From the NCBI RefSeq assembly GCF_003918875.1, contig NW_025767179.1, positions 434,001 to 498,000 of the forward strand: a DNA stretch of 64,000 nucleotides, written 5' to 3'. A model generated the notes under the pieces. It did not search any database. It was not told the origin of the DNA and saw nothing but the letters and a program-made list of their open reading frames with translations. Shown here piece by piece: positions 52,261-64,000 of this stretch. The position numbers and the translations under genes were made by a program. Origin of the DNA: Haliotis rubra (lineage: Eukaryota). Every line of letters starts with the position of its first letter. The stretch's first letter is position 1.

Positions 52261-53569
52261 TTAAATGTTAACTTACTCACTCACTATTCCGCCACTCGCC
52301 ATTATTACCCAGTGGACTACTTCATATTCATCGACAAACACCCCGGTACATACGTGTCGGTCAACGATTTTATATCAATATTAACACTTCTGTTAATTTT
52401 ATGTGTTTTTGTAGTACACAACTGATAATGGCTGATAAAACATGATTTCAGGACTGGTGAGCTTTGTATCGATTTTCAAATTACAGAGCGTTACGAATGC
52501 CTAAACAGTATAATTCTGACAGTATAATTTTACACTATTCATTCTGAATACATGCAAAGATCACACTACAGAAACATTACTACTGTTACGTTCCTGGTTT
52601 TCCGTCAAAATACAATCCTGCCGTTGATTGTTCATCGCTTTACAATCTGAAGGATTATGAATCCAAAAGCGTTTTATTCCCAGACCTTAAATCCAACTTG
52701 TCCCGCAATTCCAGTCTTGTCCGTCTGTTACATATAATCAATATAATGACAGTCACGTACACTAAAGTTGTCATGAAACCATCTGCATTTGCAATTGAAT
52801 ATAAATTTGAAATGATGTAATCATTCTGTTCATAAATGAACTGGTGTCGAGGGGAGATGTAAGTATGGATTATGTTGTATTTTATCTTGTCAAAGGGTTG
52901 TGTATACGTTTGTAGATTTACTAACGTATACTGAATACACTTTGTCGTAAAGTGGCTGTGTAAAAATAACGCCCTTCCTTCAAAGGATTAACCGCCATAC
53001 GTTGACTGATTGTTCATTGTCAAACTAAACTACTTCAAATAAATGTGGACATCATGCAAATAGTTGTCAGGTGTGCTATTTTGGGTGACCAATGAAACTA
53101 TCACTAGTTATGACTTCTTTGAGTGGCATTTAGAAGCTGGTATAATAGCCAGGGACGGTTTTTTGTAGATGCTAATCTACACCGAGACGTCTATTAAAAA
53201 ATACCCATTCCTGTTCATCACTAGATATAACGATTTATACATTCTTAGCATATTAGACACATGACATGGAACAGGTGTCTTTGTCATCTGCAGATGAATG
53301 GCATATCGTTCCTTTATGTGGATATTGATAGATACATTCCTCGAATAAGGTAATGGTCTGATATTATTGCTCTAACTTAAGTCGGTTTTAACTTTAATAT
53401 TTGTATTTTGTTTTTATTCATTTGTTGTCGAATCCAACAGAATCATTCCACTTCATTTTCTTTCGCCATGAAGGTGAGACAACGTACACAAGGTCGCACT
53501 TAGGGTGTGTGTGTGAAATATGATTCACGTAGGCAATCTATGAAATGTCTAGATATTACAGTCATGTTC

Positions 53570-54620
53570 GAAAACATAAACTACGCGAAGAATGTTTACA
53601 TCATTAGGTTCAGGACATGTTAGGTCTAACTGAGACGCACCTTACTATAGTTTGGCATGAAATGCATGTGGACCCGGTTATCACGAACTGCACGTGCATT
53701 TACCTTTATGACCCAACACTGCCGCTGTTACAGGTCATTGGATCCCTCCCTCTGCAAGCCTTCTGCGTCCTGCTGTTTATTTTGTTGACAGTTACATAGA
53801 CAGATTCTTTAATACAAATGCATAAAATCGGTGATTTACAATGTGATTAGGTTGTCTGACAAAACATCCACTTGCACAGTTTGAGATCGATTGGGTCATT
53901 GGATGAAGAGATATTTACAAAAAACCGGGTCCACATGCATTTCATGCCAAACTATAGTACCGATGTGTTGAACATTAATCATTATGTCAAAACAGGATAT
54001 AATTAAATAAAGATGTCAAGTGTGGTTCTGGAGGGGTGGGATTCTCAATAAAGAGAAATGTGGCTGATATGTTTAATGTGACGGTGCTTGATTATTCAAG
54101 ACATGTTTTAGTTACAGTTGAAGCCCAAAATGAACAGTGAATGTACTTATGCTATATGCGTTTGTTACTTGCCAGCGGAACATTCGACATATGTTGATGC
54201 TTCAGAAGTCTTTCACAATCTTCTATCAGAAATATTTAAATATCAAGATCTTGTTTTTGTGGTGAATTCAATAGCAGATGTGGTGGCATATGAGATTATA
54301 TTGAAGGTGTTGATTTTCTTCCAGGCAGGATTGTGACAGACACAACGGTTAACCATCATGGACGCTTGTTCATAGAATTATTAATCAACACAAATCATTG
54401 TATGTTAAATGGGAGAGTTTGTGAGACGAATGATTTTACATATGTGTCAACGAGAGGTATGTCGGTTGTCGAATACTGTATGTGCCCCTATGAACACCTG
54501 GAGCGAATAACGGACTTCTGAGTGATTCGCCCACATACCTTGTTAGAGACTGCCGGTTTGGTGGGAAGTTCTGATGCCATTACTAGGGTAGCATATACCA
54601 CTCTGTGCTAACGTGGAATC
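53570..54620 (+). mobile_element. Decayed CR1/L2-group LINE endonuclease fragment
   Basis: LGLTETHL, GSGGVG, CVCYLP and LNGRV...NDFTYVSTRGMSVVEY, with frameshifts. Confidence 0.65.
53645..53957. mobile_element. Tc1/mariner-type MITE
   Basis: Perfect TIRs of about 35 bp (ctatagtttggcatgaaatgcatgtggacccggtt) with TA flanks, inserted in a decayed LINE endonuclease. Confidence 0.9.
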
Positions 54621-57600
54621 TTTTATCAAATATAAGGATAAGAGTCCCAGCAACGGTAGTAAACTTCCACCTCCTGATGGCTCGTGAATTGCTTATGAGC
54701 TTTGACTCCAAACATGGGTGGCCTGTGTTGCCTGCGTGTCTGGGTTGCTCTGTTCTTTCAAGGAGGCTTCCGTTGGTGGGATGAACAGTTGTTAATTTTC
54801 TTGATCTGAGAATGAAGACCAATTGCAAAGAAGGATTGAAAATCACTTCAGCAGACAACTGCCTTTCTTAGATTTCAATTAGATCCTTTGAACGAGCTAT
54901 GAAAATGTCTATTGGTGATGCTTTCCATGCTTCCCAAGCTGTCTTTATGTTGCATGATATATTTGGCATAACCTATAGGCTTGGAACCTGAAGAGGTGTG
55001 TTTATACATTTTCGTGAACTGGAATATTCTACGTATTGCTTCCTACGACGTACAGTATTCACATAAATCGTTCTTATCAAATGGCCAGAGAACTAGCCCA
55101 AACTCGTTTCAAGCAACCATCCACTTCGGTAAGTGTCAGTGTCCAGAACTCCAGTTTCTCCACCAACTGTCTTCACATCTTCGTTGTTTTGCCGATGAAC
55201 CTGGTTATTCTTTCAGTTGTGTCACAAATTTGCTTTCCTCCAACTATGTTTTCTCCAGTGGTTGAGGACAGTTGGTTCCATGGACATATCTATATTATGT
55301 ATTATGTACTAAACGTGGCTAACCTGATACATACCACAAACAACAACAGATTCACAGGCATGATTGCAATACAGTCGTATCCAAACAGCACTGATTCCTA
55401 TTCCCTTTGTTATACTCTCTCTCCTTTAGAAAATATTGAGATAGTGAACACATTCTTTAGACTACAATATTAAGGAATGCTACAGAGATTTGATAACCAT
55501 ATCTTATTCGTTTTATGTGAGATGCACAAACGTAGGACGTTACTTCAGCCTTGACATCAACAATACCACTTCTTTCTTACGTTTCCAATCGGCTTAAATC
55601 TTGACATCTTGATGGGTTCTCGTCATACATATCACTGGGTTTTCAACATACCGTATATGACCGCATGATAAGCCGAACTTCGAGGACCAAAGGAAGCAGT
55701 CAATAGAAAGGAGTCGGCTTATCTATGGATTACACTTGTATTAAACTTATTTTTCTGGTAGCAAGAAAACGTCATCGTATCGCTTGAGTTAAAGAACAAG
55801 AGGAAATGACTTTTGTCGGTGAAAACGTCAAATTTGCAATCAAACATCACTAGACAAGATTATTTACCTTTTCAATTCTAATTTGTTTTTGTTGGACATT
55901 ACATGATATGCAGTGATTAAGGTTACCGCATGTATTTGTTAAACAGAGCCGGAAATAGCAGGTACAGGTCAGACAATACCTTGCTTCTGCTCCTCTGTAA
56001 TAACAACTGGTTGCTAAATTTAAGATTGCCTTTGTTGAGATATGGATCTGTATGACGCACAATGACAAAAGACTGGGTTAGACTTTTCTATAAACCGAAC
56101 AGTGTTAAGGAGCACTGTCGTTCCTTGTCTATAGACATGTGTGCTGACCATAGTAACTTCTCACCAGATATACAAATGCCTGCAAACATATATATTTTTC
56201 CATCTTGGTTATTTGATCAACCTGATCACGTGTCCGCGCACATGATAATGACAGTTGTAATGTGAACATCTACTTTTCTGGAAGGCTGGTTGGGAGTACT
56301 ACTCGGGCAAAATACCTTGATGGTGATCTGGGGGTACATTTGCTGGACCCAGCAGTATATATCTCCACCTAAGAGTGATGAGGTTAGGCATTAGAAGAAA
56401 TGCAGATACTTCTTGGGTTCCGCACAGACCAAGTTATGGCAGTTTATCATTGATATATGAATTTGTATGTGTCATCAGCTTGGAAACAGAACGGACATCA
56501 GGATTACAATAGGAACCTTGCTTAGTGACATCTAGTTCATCCAGAACTTGAGAAGTCAAATACGTCATTTCGAACAGACTGTCCTTCAGAATGTTTGGGG
56601 GAAGCTACCATGTAATAAAGAAAGGTAGCCAATATCCTCTTTTTTCATTGCTGCTTTACCTGAACTATACAATATTTCATATTTTCGAAATAATGCCTGC
56701 CTTCTGTGAAGGATGTTTCGATAGCATTGTTCCATGGAAATTAAACCTGACAAAAACGAACCTAATAGGGGTGCGTGTCCGTGTTTATCCCTGTCCTTAA
56801 TTAGCAACTGTGATTCTTAGTGGCTGTATCCTCAAAGGGGGTTAAGTATCGTAAAATTATTGTCCTCCTGAGAGGATACGTAAGTCCCAAACGCTTTCAA
56901 AGTCAACTTCGCACAACCATACTTTTAATCGTAGTATTTCTGTTATTTTAAGTTTCGGCTAAATCTTCCTACATTGCCAGCAGCTGAAGGGATGGTGTAA
57001 ATCAAGCTAGGGTCTATGCAGGTAGCAAAAGTAATGTAAGTCCCCATGGTTCCTAGTATGGTGATCTACCTTCAGTTGTTGGCGATCTACAGCCCGTGTT
57101 TTATATTGTATTGTCTTCTTTAATTAAAATCTTTTAGTTTGACATGCTAGTTTTATGTTCATATATGTGATATTCTAGTATTTTTACTGTCCATCGTCGA
57201 CAGGTTTTACTCTCCAAAATGTTTTCATTTTTTATTGTATAAATTGTTTTCGTCACGATATGGCTGAGATATTGCCGATGTGACGTTAAATATTAACTCA
57301 CTTACTCACTGTCCTTAATAAGAGTTATACATTTGGAAATTATTTACATATTTTGTCATCAAAAGTCTGTATGCAATCTTCAAAGGGCTAAGAGCATTAT
57401 AATCGTAAATTCAAAACAGTATCCATTACGATCTCTTGAATTCCCTTTGAAATAGGTAGGTTACTTGTCTCCAGATGAAAAGGGCGTGACAGGTTTAAAA
57501 ACAACAACAATTAGGATACCAAAACAATCTGACCACTTTTTGAAGCTGATCTCAAAGTCAATTCGCAGGAACAGGGTATTTCATTTATTATACGATACGG

Positions 57601-59562
57601 TGACCTCATGCATGCCAATGCCGTCATCGATTATGAACCAGTGTCTGCTTCTGCCGTGTAAGTCAGCAGTCATTACGTAAGCAGGAAAGTCAATTTTGCG
57701 GTCAATTTAACAGTTTAGTTGCTGGCAAGAAATTCCATTTATTTAAACATATTGTAAAATCACAAACAAACGTGTATGATTATTCTGAATATCAATAAAG
57801 TTATGTTGAATATAGACAATGGGATACGTGCATCAGCTGTTGCAACCTGAATGCAAATGAAGGTTTTCATCTGCATTTCACTATGCAACATGTGGAGCAT
57901 ATGTATTTTACATCTAGTCCGTGTGCAGTATCGATAGCTCAGTGACGACTCATCTTTCGGACATCCATCCATGGACGGAAGAGCAAAATGTATTGGCCTG
58001 TATTGAAAGATGAACATGTATTGTGATCTGCACAATTCTGGCATACGAGTAAACAAATTCTTCAGTTCCAAATTGTAGAGTGAGTGGGTGATTATAAATG
58101 GTTTCACGCTGCTTTAAGCAATATTCCAGCAATATCACGGCGGGCATATTGTACAAGTAATGTGTATTATGACTGTGAGGTTTATATGTCGAACCACTCT
58201 TTCCCGTGAAAGGCGAGTGCTGATCCTCCGGTTCCGTGCCTAACACAAGGAAATGTTTAATAGTAAATGGTTTTATATGGATATTAGATAATATCATGGA
58301 GGTATATCTCCAAGCATTTGAGCAAAATATTTCGCGTTGACAAGTCAGTAACAAAGAGCCTCAGGTCTCCTGAACATATGGTACTCGTGTATTTCAACTA
58401 AAGGTTAAGAATAATTATCTTCTTTATATAAGTTTAACTTTGTATTTGCTCGAATTTATTCATTCATGCCTCGACAATTCCCTTCCTGAAATTGTTGGGT
58501 GCAATGTGTGAAGCCCATTTCTGGTGTCCCCCGCCGTGATATTGCTGGAATATTGCTAAAAGCGGCGTAAAACCATATTCACTCACTCACTCCTGAAATT
58601 GTTCTCAACAAAATGGGACTGACCATAGCGTTTAGCAATATTCTAGCGTGGGACACAAGAGTGCAGAGGGGGAATAGAATCTGGGCCTTCGGTCCGTGTC
58701 CAAACTGTCTATTCTAACTGCAATATCCAATCTAATCTAGCTCACAAGCTGTATACGACACAAGCATAGAAGGCTGCTTGACAACCTGCCGAGACATATA
58801 TAAGGTGCAGATGCCTCATCAACTGAAGAAAAATACATTGTTTAATCCTGATGTAATCTTAATTAATATCTCAATTAGACAGTATAGACGCATTATTGAC
58901 GATGTTATGTGGTTGCTGTACACAACAGGCGCAACGAAGGACTCTGAAGAGTTTTTAAGTATTGATCGTTTGGGGTAAAATTTAGAGGCAAAGCTTTTGT
59001 TTGCACAATCCTCTCCAACAATCTCTTCTGGTCGCTCGTTCAACGAGAACCTATCTGTTAGGTTCGTCAATTATTTCATGTTCCATGCAATAACCACCCA
59101 ACATGTCGACTGGATGACGACTGCGACAAGACTTCGTCGATAATGTTTTCGTGACGACTAATGATATAATAGCGTCAGGCTGCGATAGTCTGATGACCTA
59201 CAGTTTTTAATTCAAATTATTAAAAGTTATAACACTATCACAAGTAGGAAGCAATACAATATATTATAAAATATAATATATGTTACATGATATATATCGT
59301 AATATACCATAAATTCCCAATTACACTGCAATATGTTACACGTTTCAAGAACAAGGATGTACTTTTTTTAATGAGATAGCTTAACAACATGAGTATACAT
59401 TCCAAACGAGTATTTATGTAGGTACTCTACCGCTTGAAAAGGTAAACGTGTCGGACATTATTCATACACAATATGGTGAAACTTCATGTGGAAACTGATT
59501 ATTGAGTCATGATTCATTAGTGCTCAGGGACTTGTGTTCAAACGACTGTAACGTCCACGTTA

Positions 59563-59907
59563 TGTGTGCATCTTTAACCGTTGTGTGTACATCTTTTAAC
59601 TGTTGTGTGTACATCTTTAACCGTTGTGTACATCTTTAACCTTTGTGTGTACATCTTTAACCGTTGTGTGTACATCTATAACAGTTGTGTGTACATATTT
59701 AACTTTTTGTGTGTACATATTTAACCTTTGTGTGTACATCTTTAACCGTTGTGTGTACATATTTAACCTTTGTGTGTGCATCTTTAACCGTTGTGTGTAC
59801 ATCTTTAACCGTTGTGTGTACATCTATAACCGTTGTGTGTACATATTTAACCTTTACGTGTACATCTTTAACCGTTGTGTGTACATCTTTAACCGTTGTG
59901 TGTACAT
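59563..59907. repeat. Minisatellite, about 21-bp unit
   Basis: About 16 tandem copies of gttgtgtgtacatctttaacc with variants. Confidence 0.95.
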
Positions 59908-60058
59908 ATGGGACGCTTTAACCGTTAACCGTATGCGTTGTCCGTGAAACGTGAAAGTGGCCCTATCTGATTGGCGTATCTGTATTTCGACAGTTAGTTC
60001 CTATCATGGAGAGATTTATCATTTGTGTGTTTTAACATTGAAATTTCCACTTCTGCAG

Positions 60059-62417
60059 GGACGACAGTATCTCCAACGCAAACCGCATCATCTACACGGT
60101 GTTGTTGTCTGGCACAGCCTACGTTACGGTAAAGTAACTGAAACATTATTGTTCTATTTCGTCGTAGCTGTTTGAACACGTGTGTTAAAGATATAACACA
60201 GCGGCAAAGCATTTACAATAATCTTGAGACATCTTTGCTGAAAGCCCTCGATTGTAGCATTTCCACTATATCGTGAGAATGTGTTGATAGGTCACTCTCA
60301 AATAGTGATAATAAACGTGTTCGTAAAATGGTGAGCGCACTTCGTTAAAAGCTGACGGCAAAGTATACAAGCAGTTACTAGTCTGGCTAGTATTTAGATA
60401 TTTGCATAACGATTCAGAGACAGAAACGTTTTGCCCGTGAAGATTCGGATTAGAATTGGTCTTCAGTAACCCATGCTTGTCGCAAGAGGCGACTAACGGG
60501 ATCGGATGGTCAGACTAGGCTGACACATGTCGTCGTATTCCAACTGCGTAGAGTGATGCTCATGCTGTTGATCACTGGATTGTCTGGTCCAGACTGGATT
60601 GTTTATAGACCGCCGTCATATAGCTGGAATATTGCTGAGTGCGACGTAAAACAACATGCTGACGAACTGTTTTCTTCTTTGCGTAGACATCTTCAGCATC
60701 ATTGATCGGCCTCTCCCTACCTGACATCCAGTGTTTGCTGGGCATCGACCTCAAGGTAGCTAGCTCCCTTCTGTTTGCCTATGGCCTAGGCATGTGCTGC
60801 AGCAGCCTTACAGGGCACTTCATCAGAGACAATGTAGATACCACTTTGTGCATGGTGGCCACGTTGGTGTTGAACGCTGTGGCTATTGCTGCAATACCAA
60901 TATCTCCGTTTGTGTGGCTCACCTTCACCCTGGTCCTCATAGCTGGATGGTGTACGGGTATAGCGTCATTAGGTAAGTTAATGAATCATTGGGAATACAC
61001 CCTCTAAATAAATTGTTGTCCTCCTCCAGTGGCTTAACATTTGTGTGCATTATTAGACGACAACATACCACTCACATTCAATGACTTTCCCAACACCAGC
61101 ACCTCTCCCTCTCCTCCATATTAAGTTTGAATGACTCAATATCATAGAAATAATCCTCAGAGCTATCTGCATATATCTATTTCAGTGCGCAAAGGTACTG
61201 TAAGTCCCCATGGTCCCTAGTATGGTGATCTACCTTCAGTTGTTGGCGATCTATAGCCTATTTTTATATTACATTGTCCTCTATAGTTAAAATGTTTTAG
61301 ATTTAATTACTAGTTTTACATTGATATCTGTGATTTTCTAGTTGTTTTACTGTCCTTTGTTGACAGCTATTTAAATTGATCACCTTGTTTTCATCGCTGT
61401 ATGGCTGTAATATTGACGATGCGATGTAAAATTTTAACTCACTCACTCACTATTTCAGTGCGTGTATTACAGTGCTACATCATATGGACAAACAACTTCT
61501 TTGGAGTATTCTGCATTGCGTTAGGAACGTCGATCAGCATGATCACAACTCCTCTGATGGCCAAACACTTCATAGAACATCGTCGGTTGGTTGCTGTAGA
61601 TGCCTTGTTAAGTAATGTGACAAGATCAATTGAAGAGAAGAGGTGTGACGGCTTAAACACCACCATACGATATCCCTTCATAATAACATCAGGGTTCGGC
61701 CTTCTTCTGGCCACAAGCCTCATGTGTAGCTACAATACGTTCTTGCAGAAAGGCGACGTGATGGAAGTAACAACAACGAATAGGAAACCAACAGTATATA
61801 GAAGCCCCAGTCTAATGTTCATAACATTCACCATGGGTACAGCCTTCATGAGCTCGGCCAGTCTGGTATCATTTCTGGAGCTCTTTGTTACTTATGGAAT
61901 TCGTTGCCAACTGCACCTGAGTGTCGGCGAAATGTCTCTTCTGGCTTCGGCCTTCTCTGTAGGAGTTTTCATTACCAGATTAGTCGGTGTCTTTTTAGCA
62001 GATAGAATTAGAATTGAGATCCTGGTACTGTCCTATGTTCTTCTCGTTAATGTAGCATCTGTTCTGTTCATTCTGTTTAAAGACACAAACATCACCATGT
62101 TGTGGACAAACTGTATAATGTATGCACTTGGGTCAGGATCGATGTTCCCCGGTCTTCTGGCGTGGGTACAGAAATATTCATATCGTTCACCACAGTTCTT
62201 GAATGTTATTATGTTTTTTGATTATTTGGGTTCGTTAGTAGTCCCAACGTTATCGGCTTTGCTTATTGGAATGTTTGGATCAGATGCCTTTATCTACACG
62301 ACGGCAGGTATCGCTTTTTCCCAACTCCCGCTTTTTATTGGATTGTGGTGCGTTAGTGTTGAAGTGAAAAATGAAGCCGATCTGGACAACGTACACCCTT
62401 TGATAAGTGATCAATAG
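60059..62417 (+). CDS. MFS transporter paralog 3 (more divergent; first coding exon not located)
   Basis: Exons 60059-60128 (DDSISNANRIIYTVLLSGTAYVT), 60687-60972 (...LIGLSLPDIQCLLGIDLK...) and 61459-62417 (VRVLQCYIIW...). Exon structure and phases are the same as in paralogs 1 and 2. Confidence 0.78.
60434..60655 (+). mobile_element. SINE-like repeat (family A), representative copy
   Basis: gtcgtaagaggcgactaacgggatcggg...gaccgccgccatatagctggaatattgctgagtgcggcgtaaa. Other copies lie at about 2835-3000, 16898-17108, 17447-17640, 26757-26975, 38815-39040 and 49715-49910. Confidence 0.8.
61190..61449 (+). mobile_element. SINE-like repeat (family C) at the last-exon acceptor of MFS paralog 3
   Basis: ccatggtccctagtatggtgatctaccttcagttgttggcgatc...(ACTC)n, with a 13-bp TSD ctatttcagtgcg. 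Other copies lie at about 2480-2780, 9117-9381, 11990-12290 and 56975-57310. Confidence 0.85.
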
Positions 62418-63127
62418 TAAAGACAAAACCTTCCCTACCTAAATCGGATTGATCCTAAGTTTCCTGCTAGAAACGTGTATCATGGATCCCCGATATAAAC
62501 CTCGTTGAACGCCTTTCGGACTATGTTAGACGCCAAGTTCGAGTTGGGCCTTACCCTTTTCAAAGTGAAGAATTAAGGAATACACTGTTATCGGGAATGG
62601 CAGAGGGATCAGATGCTAATAATAGCGAGTAAGTTTAATTTTACGCCGCTTTTAGCAATAATCTAGCAATACGACGGAGGACACAGAAACGGGGGCATCG
62701 AGGTTATTCGGTGAGAACAGCGAACGCTACCCCACCGCCCCTGCTAATAATATGATGCTTGATTGCCAGTATGAGGAGGAGACGGGTAGATGTTAAAACT
62801 CCGAGGGATGCTACACCTGATACTGTGGTGGTTAAATAACAATTGTTTAAAAACTGTTTCGAGAATCAGATTTGTGGGGTAGTTATAGTGACCATACTTC
62901 CCAGCATTGTTTATGTTCGCGATTTTTGAGTATTCTTCTCAGGTTGCAGAATTGTGTTACCATGTTTCAATTTCAGTTTGGTTTTCGTTGAAATCAGAGA
63001 AAAAATTATTACCATTTTAATCCGTGTAATTTTGGTTTTCAAAGCATATGTACCAACATGTGTTTTCGTACTCATCATAAAGAAGTGGGTTAGTGCATGA
63101 ATTATGCTCATAGATATATTTCATTAT

Positions 63128-63252
63128 GGCCTTGAGTATAAAGTCCAAATTGAATATCGTGACTTGTCATTTGTAGTATAACTGCCACGGGGCCTTGAGC
63201 ATGAAGTCCAAATTCAATATCGAAACTTGTCATTTGTAGTATAACTGCCACT
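63128..63252. repeat. Two-copy tandem duplication, 63-bp period
   Basis: ggccttgag...aagtccaaatt...cttgtcatttgtagtataactgccac occurs twice. Confidence 0.85.
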
Positions 63253-63289
63253 GGGCCCATAAGAGAAGAAAATTATTGGACAGAATAAC

Positions 63290-63445
63290 TAAAAAGGACT
63301 TAAGAAATATTGAGGATATGAAGAAAGAAGTGGTCGAATATTGGGATACGCTGTCACACGATTTCCTACAAACATTGATCGTTAGTGTACCTAGACGCAT
63401 TCAGTCGTGTATTGCAGGACAAAGAGGTCTCACAAAGTACTGAAA
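63290..63445 (+). mobile_element. Tc1 transposase C-terminal fragment
   Basis: EYWDTLSHDFLQTLIVSVPRRIQSCIAGQRGLTKY*. Confidence 0.55.
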
Positions 63446-64000
63446 AGACACATAGACTGTAAGAGAATCCTATCTCAACATATTCATTTAAGTAAAACTT
63501 ACAGATATTTGCCAAAACAAGTTTCTCAATCATTTTTCTCAATAATTTCTGGGAATACTATATATACAATTCAAAAAGGTAGGGAATATTGGATTTACAA
63601 GATAGATAAAATGCAAATGATGAAGCCAAGGAGGAAACAGATGATGAAGAGAAATTAAAGGATAATGTGACAATGTATTCCATTCCTTTGGAAGTGTTTC
63701 ATCTAGCCTTCTCATATACATTTGCAGTGGCTAGTGGTATGCTCCTACTTGTTTTGAATGGTATATTTAAAACAGCGAAGAATTGGTTCTAACATGTTTA
63801 TTCTATTAAGTAAGTAAATTAACCAATATAATTCATTGTCTATTTTACATTTAGCAATGTATTGAATTCTAGATTTGACACGAAAACAATATTTCAATCC
63901 TTCAATAAACGTATCTACGGACGTATTGAATGTCATCTGGTTTAGTGAAGAAGGAGGTATTTTGTACATACATGTCACACGTTTCTCTAAATATGTAAAT

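Noticed and set aside
59410-59450. Candidate upstream mini-exon for MFS paralog 3 (tag|gtactc...gaaaag|gtaaac)
   Set aside because: The phase fits, but it has no start codon and no similarity to the first exons of paralogs 1 and 2. Transcript data are needed.
59563-59947. Repetitive ORFs (MYTQRLK..., CTSLTVV...) or a CRISPR-like array
   Set aside because: These are translations of a 21-bp minisatellite. There are no unique spacers or cas genes, and the context is eukaryotic.

Overview
This is eukaryotic, repeat-rich genomic DNA with two N-gaps. The abundant (ACTC)n-tailed SINE-like families resemble those I associate with gastropod molluscs such as abalone, but the taxon is an inference. Host genes: three paralogous multi-exon major-facilitator (MFSD4/NAGLT1-like) transporters. 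Two lie on the minus strand (5.9-8.7 kb, carrying a +1 homopolymer frameshift, and 22.8-26.4 kb, intact) and a more divergent one lies on the plus strand (60.1-62.4 kb). The remainder is transposon material: Penelope-like elements (PLEs) with minimal hammerhead ribozymes, several Tc1 (DD34E) copies, an I-group LINE whose 5' end is an HDV-like ribozyme and which has an AUGA ORF1/ORF2 overlap, a near-full-length CR1/L2-group LINE, MITEs and SINEs. Most notable observations: (1) The CR1/L2-group LINE has a 2A (DVETNPGP) motif in ORF1 and an in-frame UAG-GGA-GGU junction into an AUG-less ORF2, resembling gammaretroviral gag-pol readthrough. (2) A 300-bp tRNA-containing non-coding element has a Penelope-type tail, a Penelope-type tandem plus inverted insertion structure, and the hammerhead stem-II hairpin without the catalytic core. 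It is a candidate PLE-mobilised SINE. (3) A SINE insertion has a target-site duplication that recreated a splice acceptor of the third MFS gene. All structures were read by eye; no database searches or folding programs were run.
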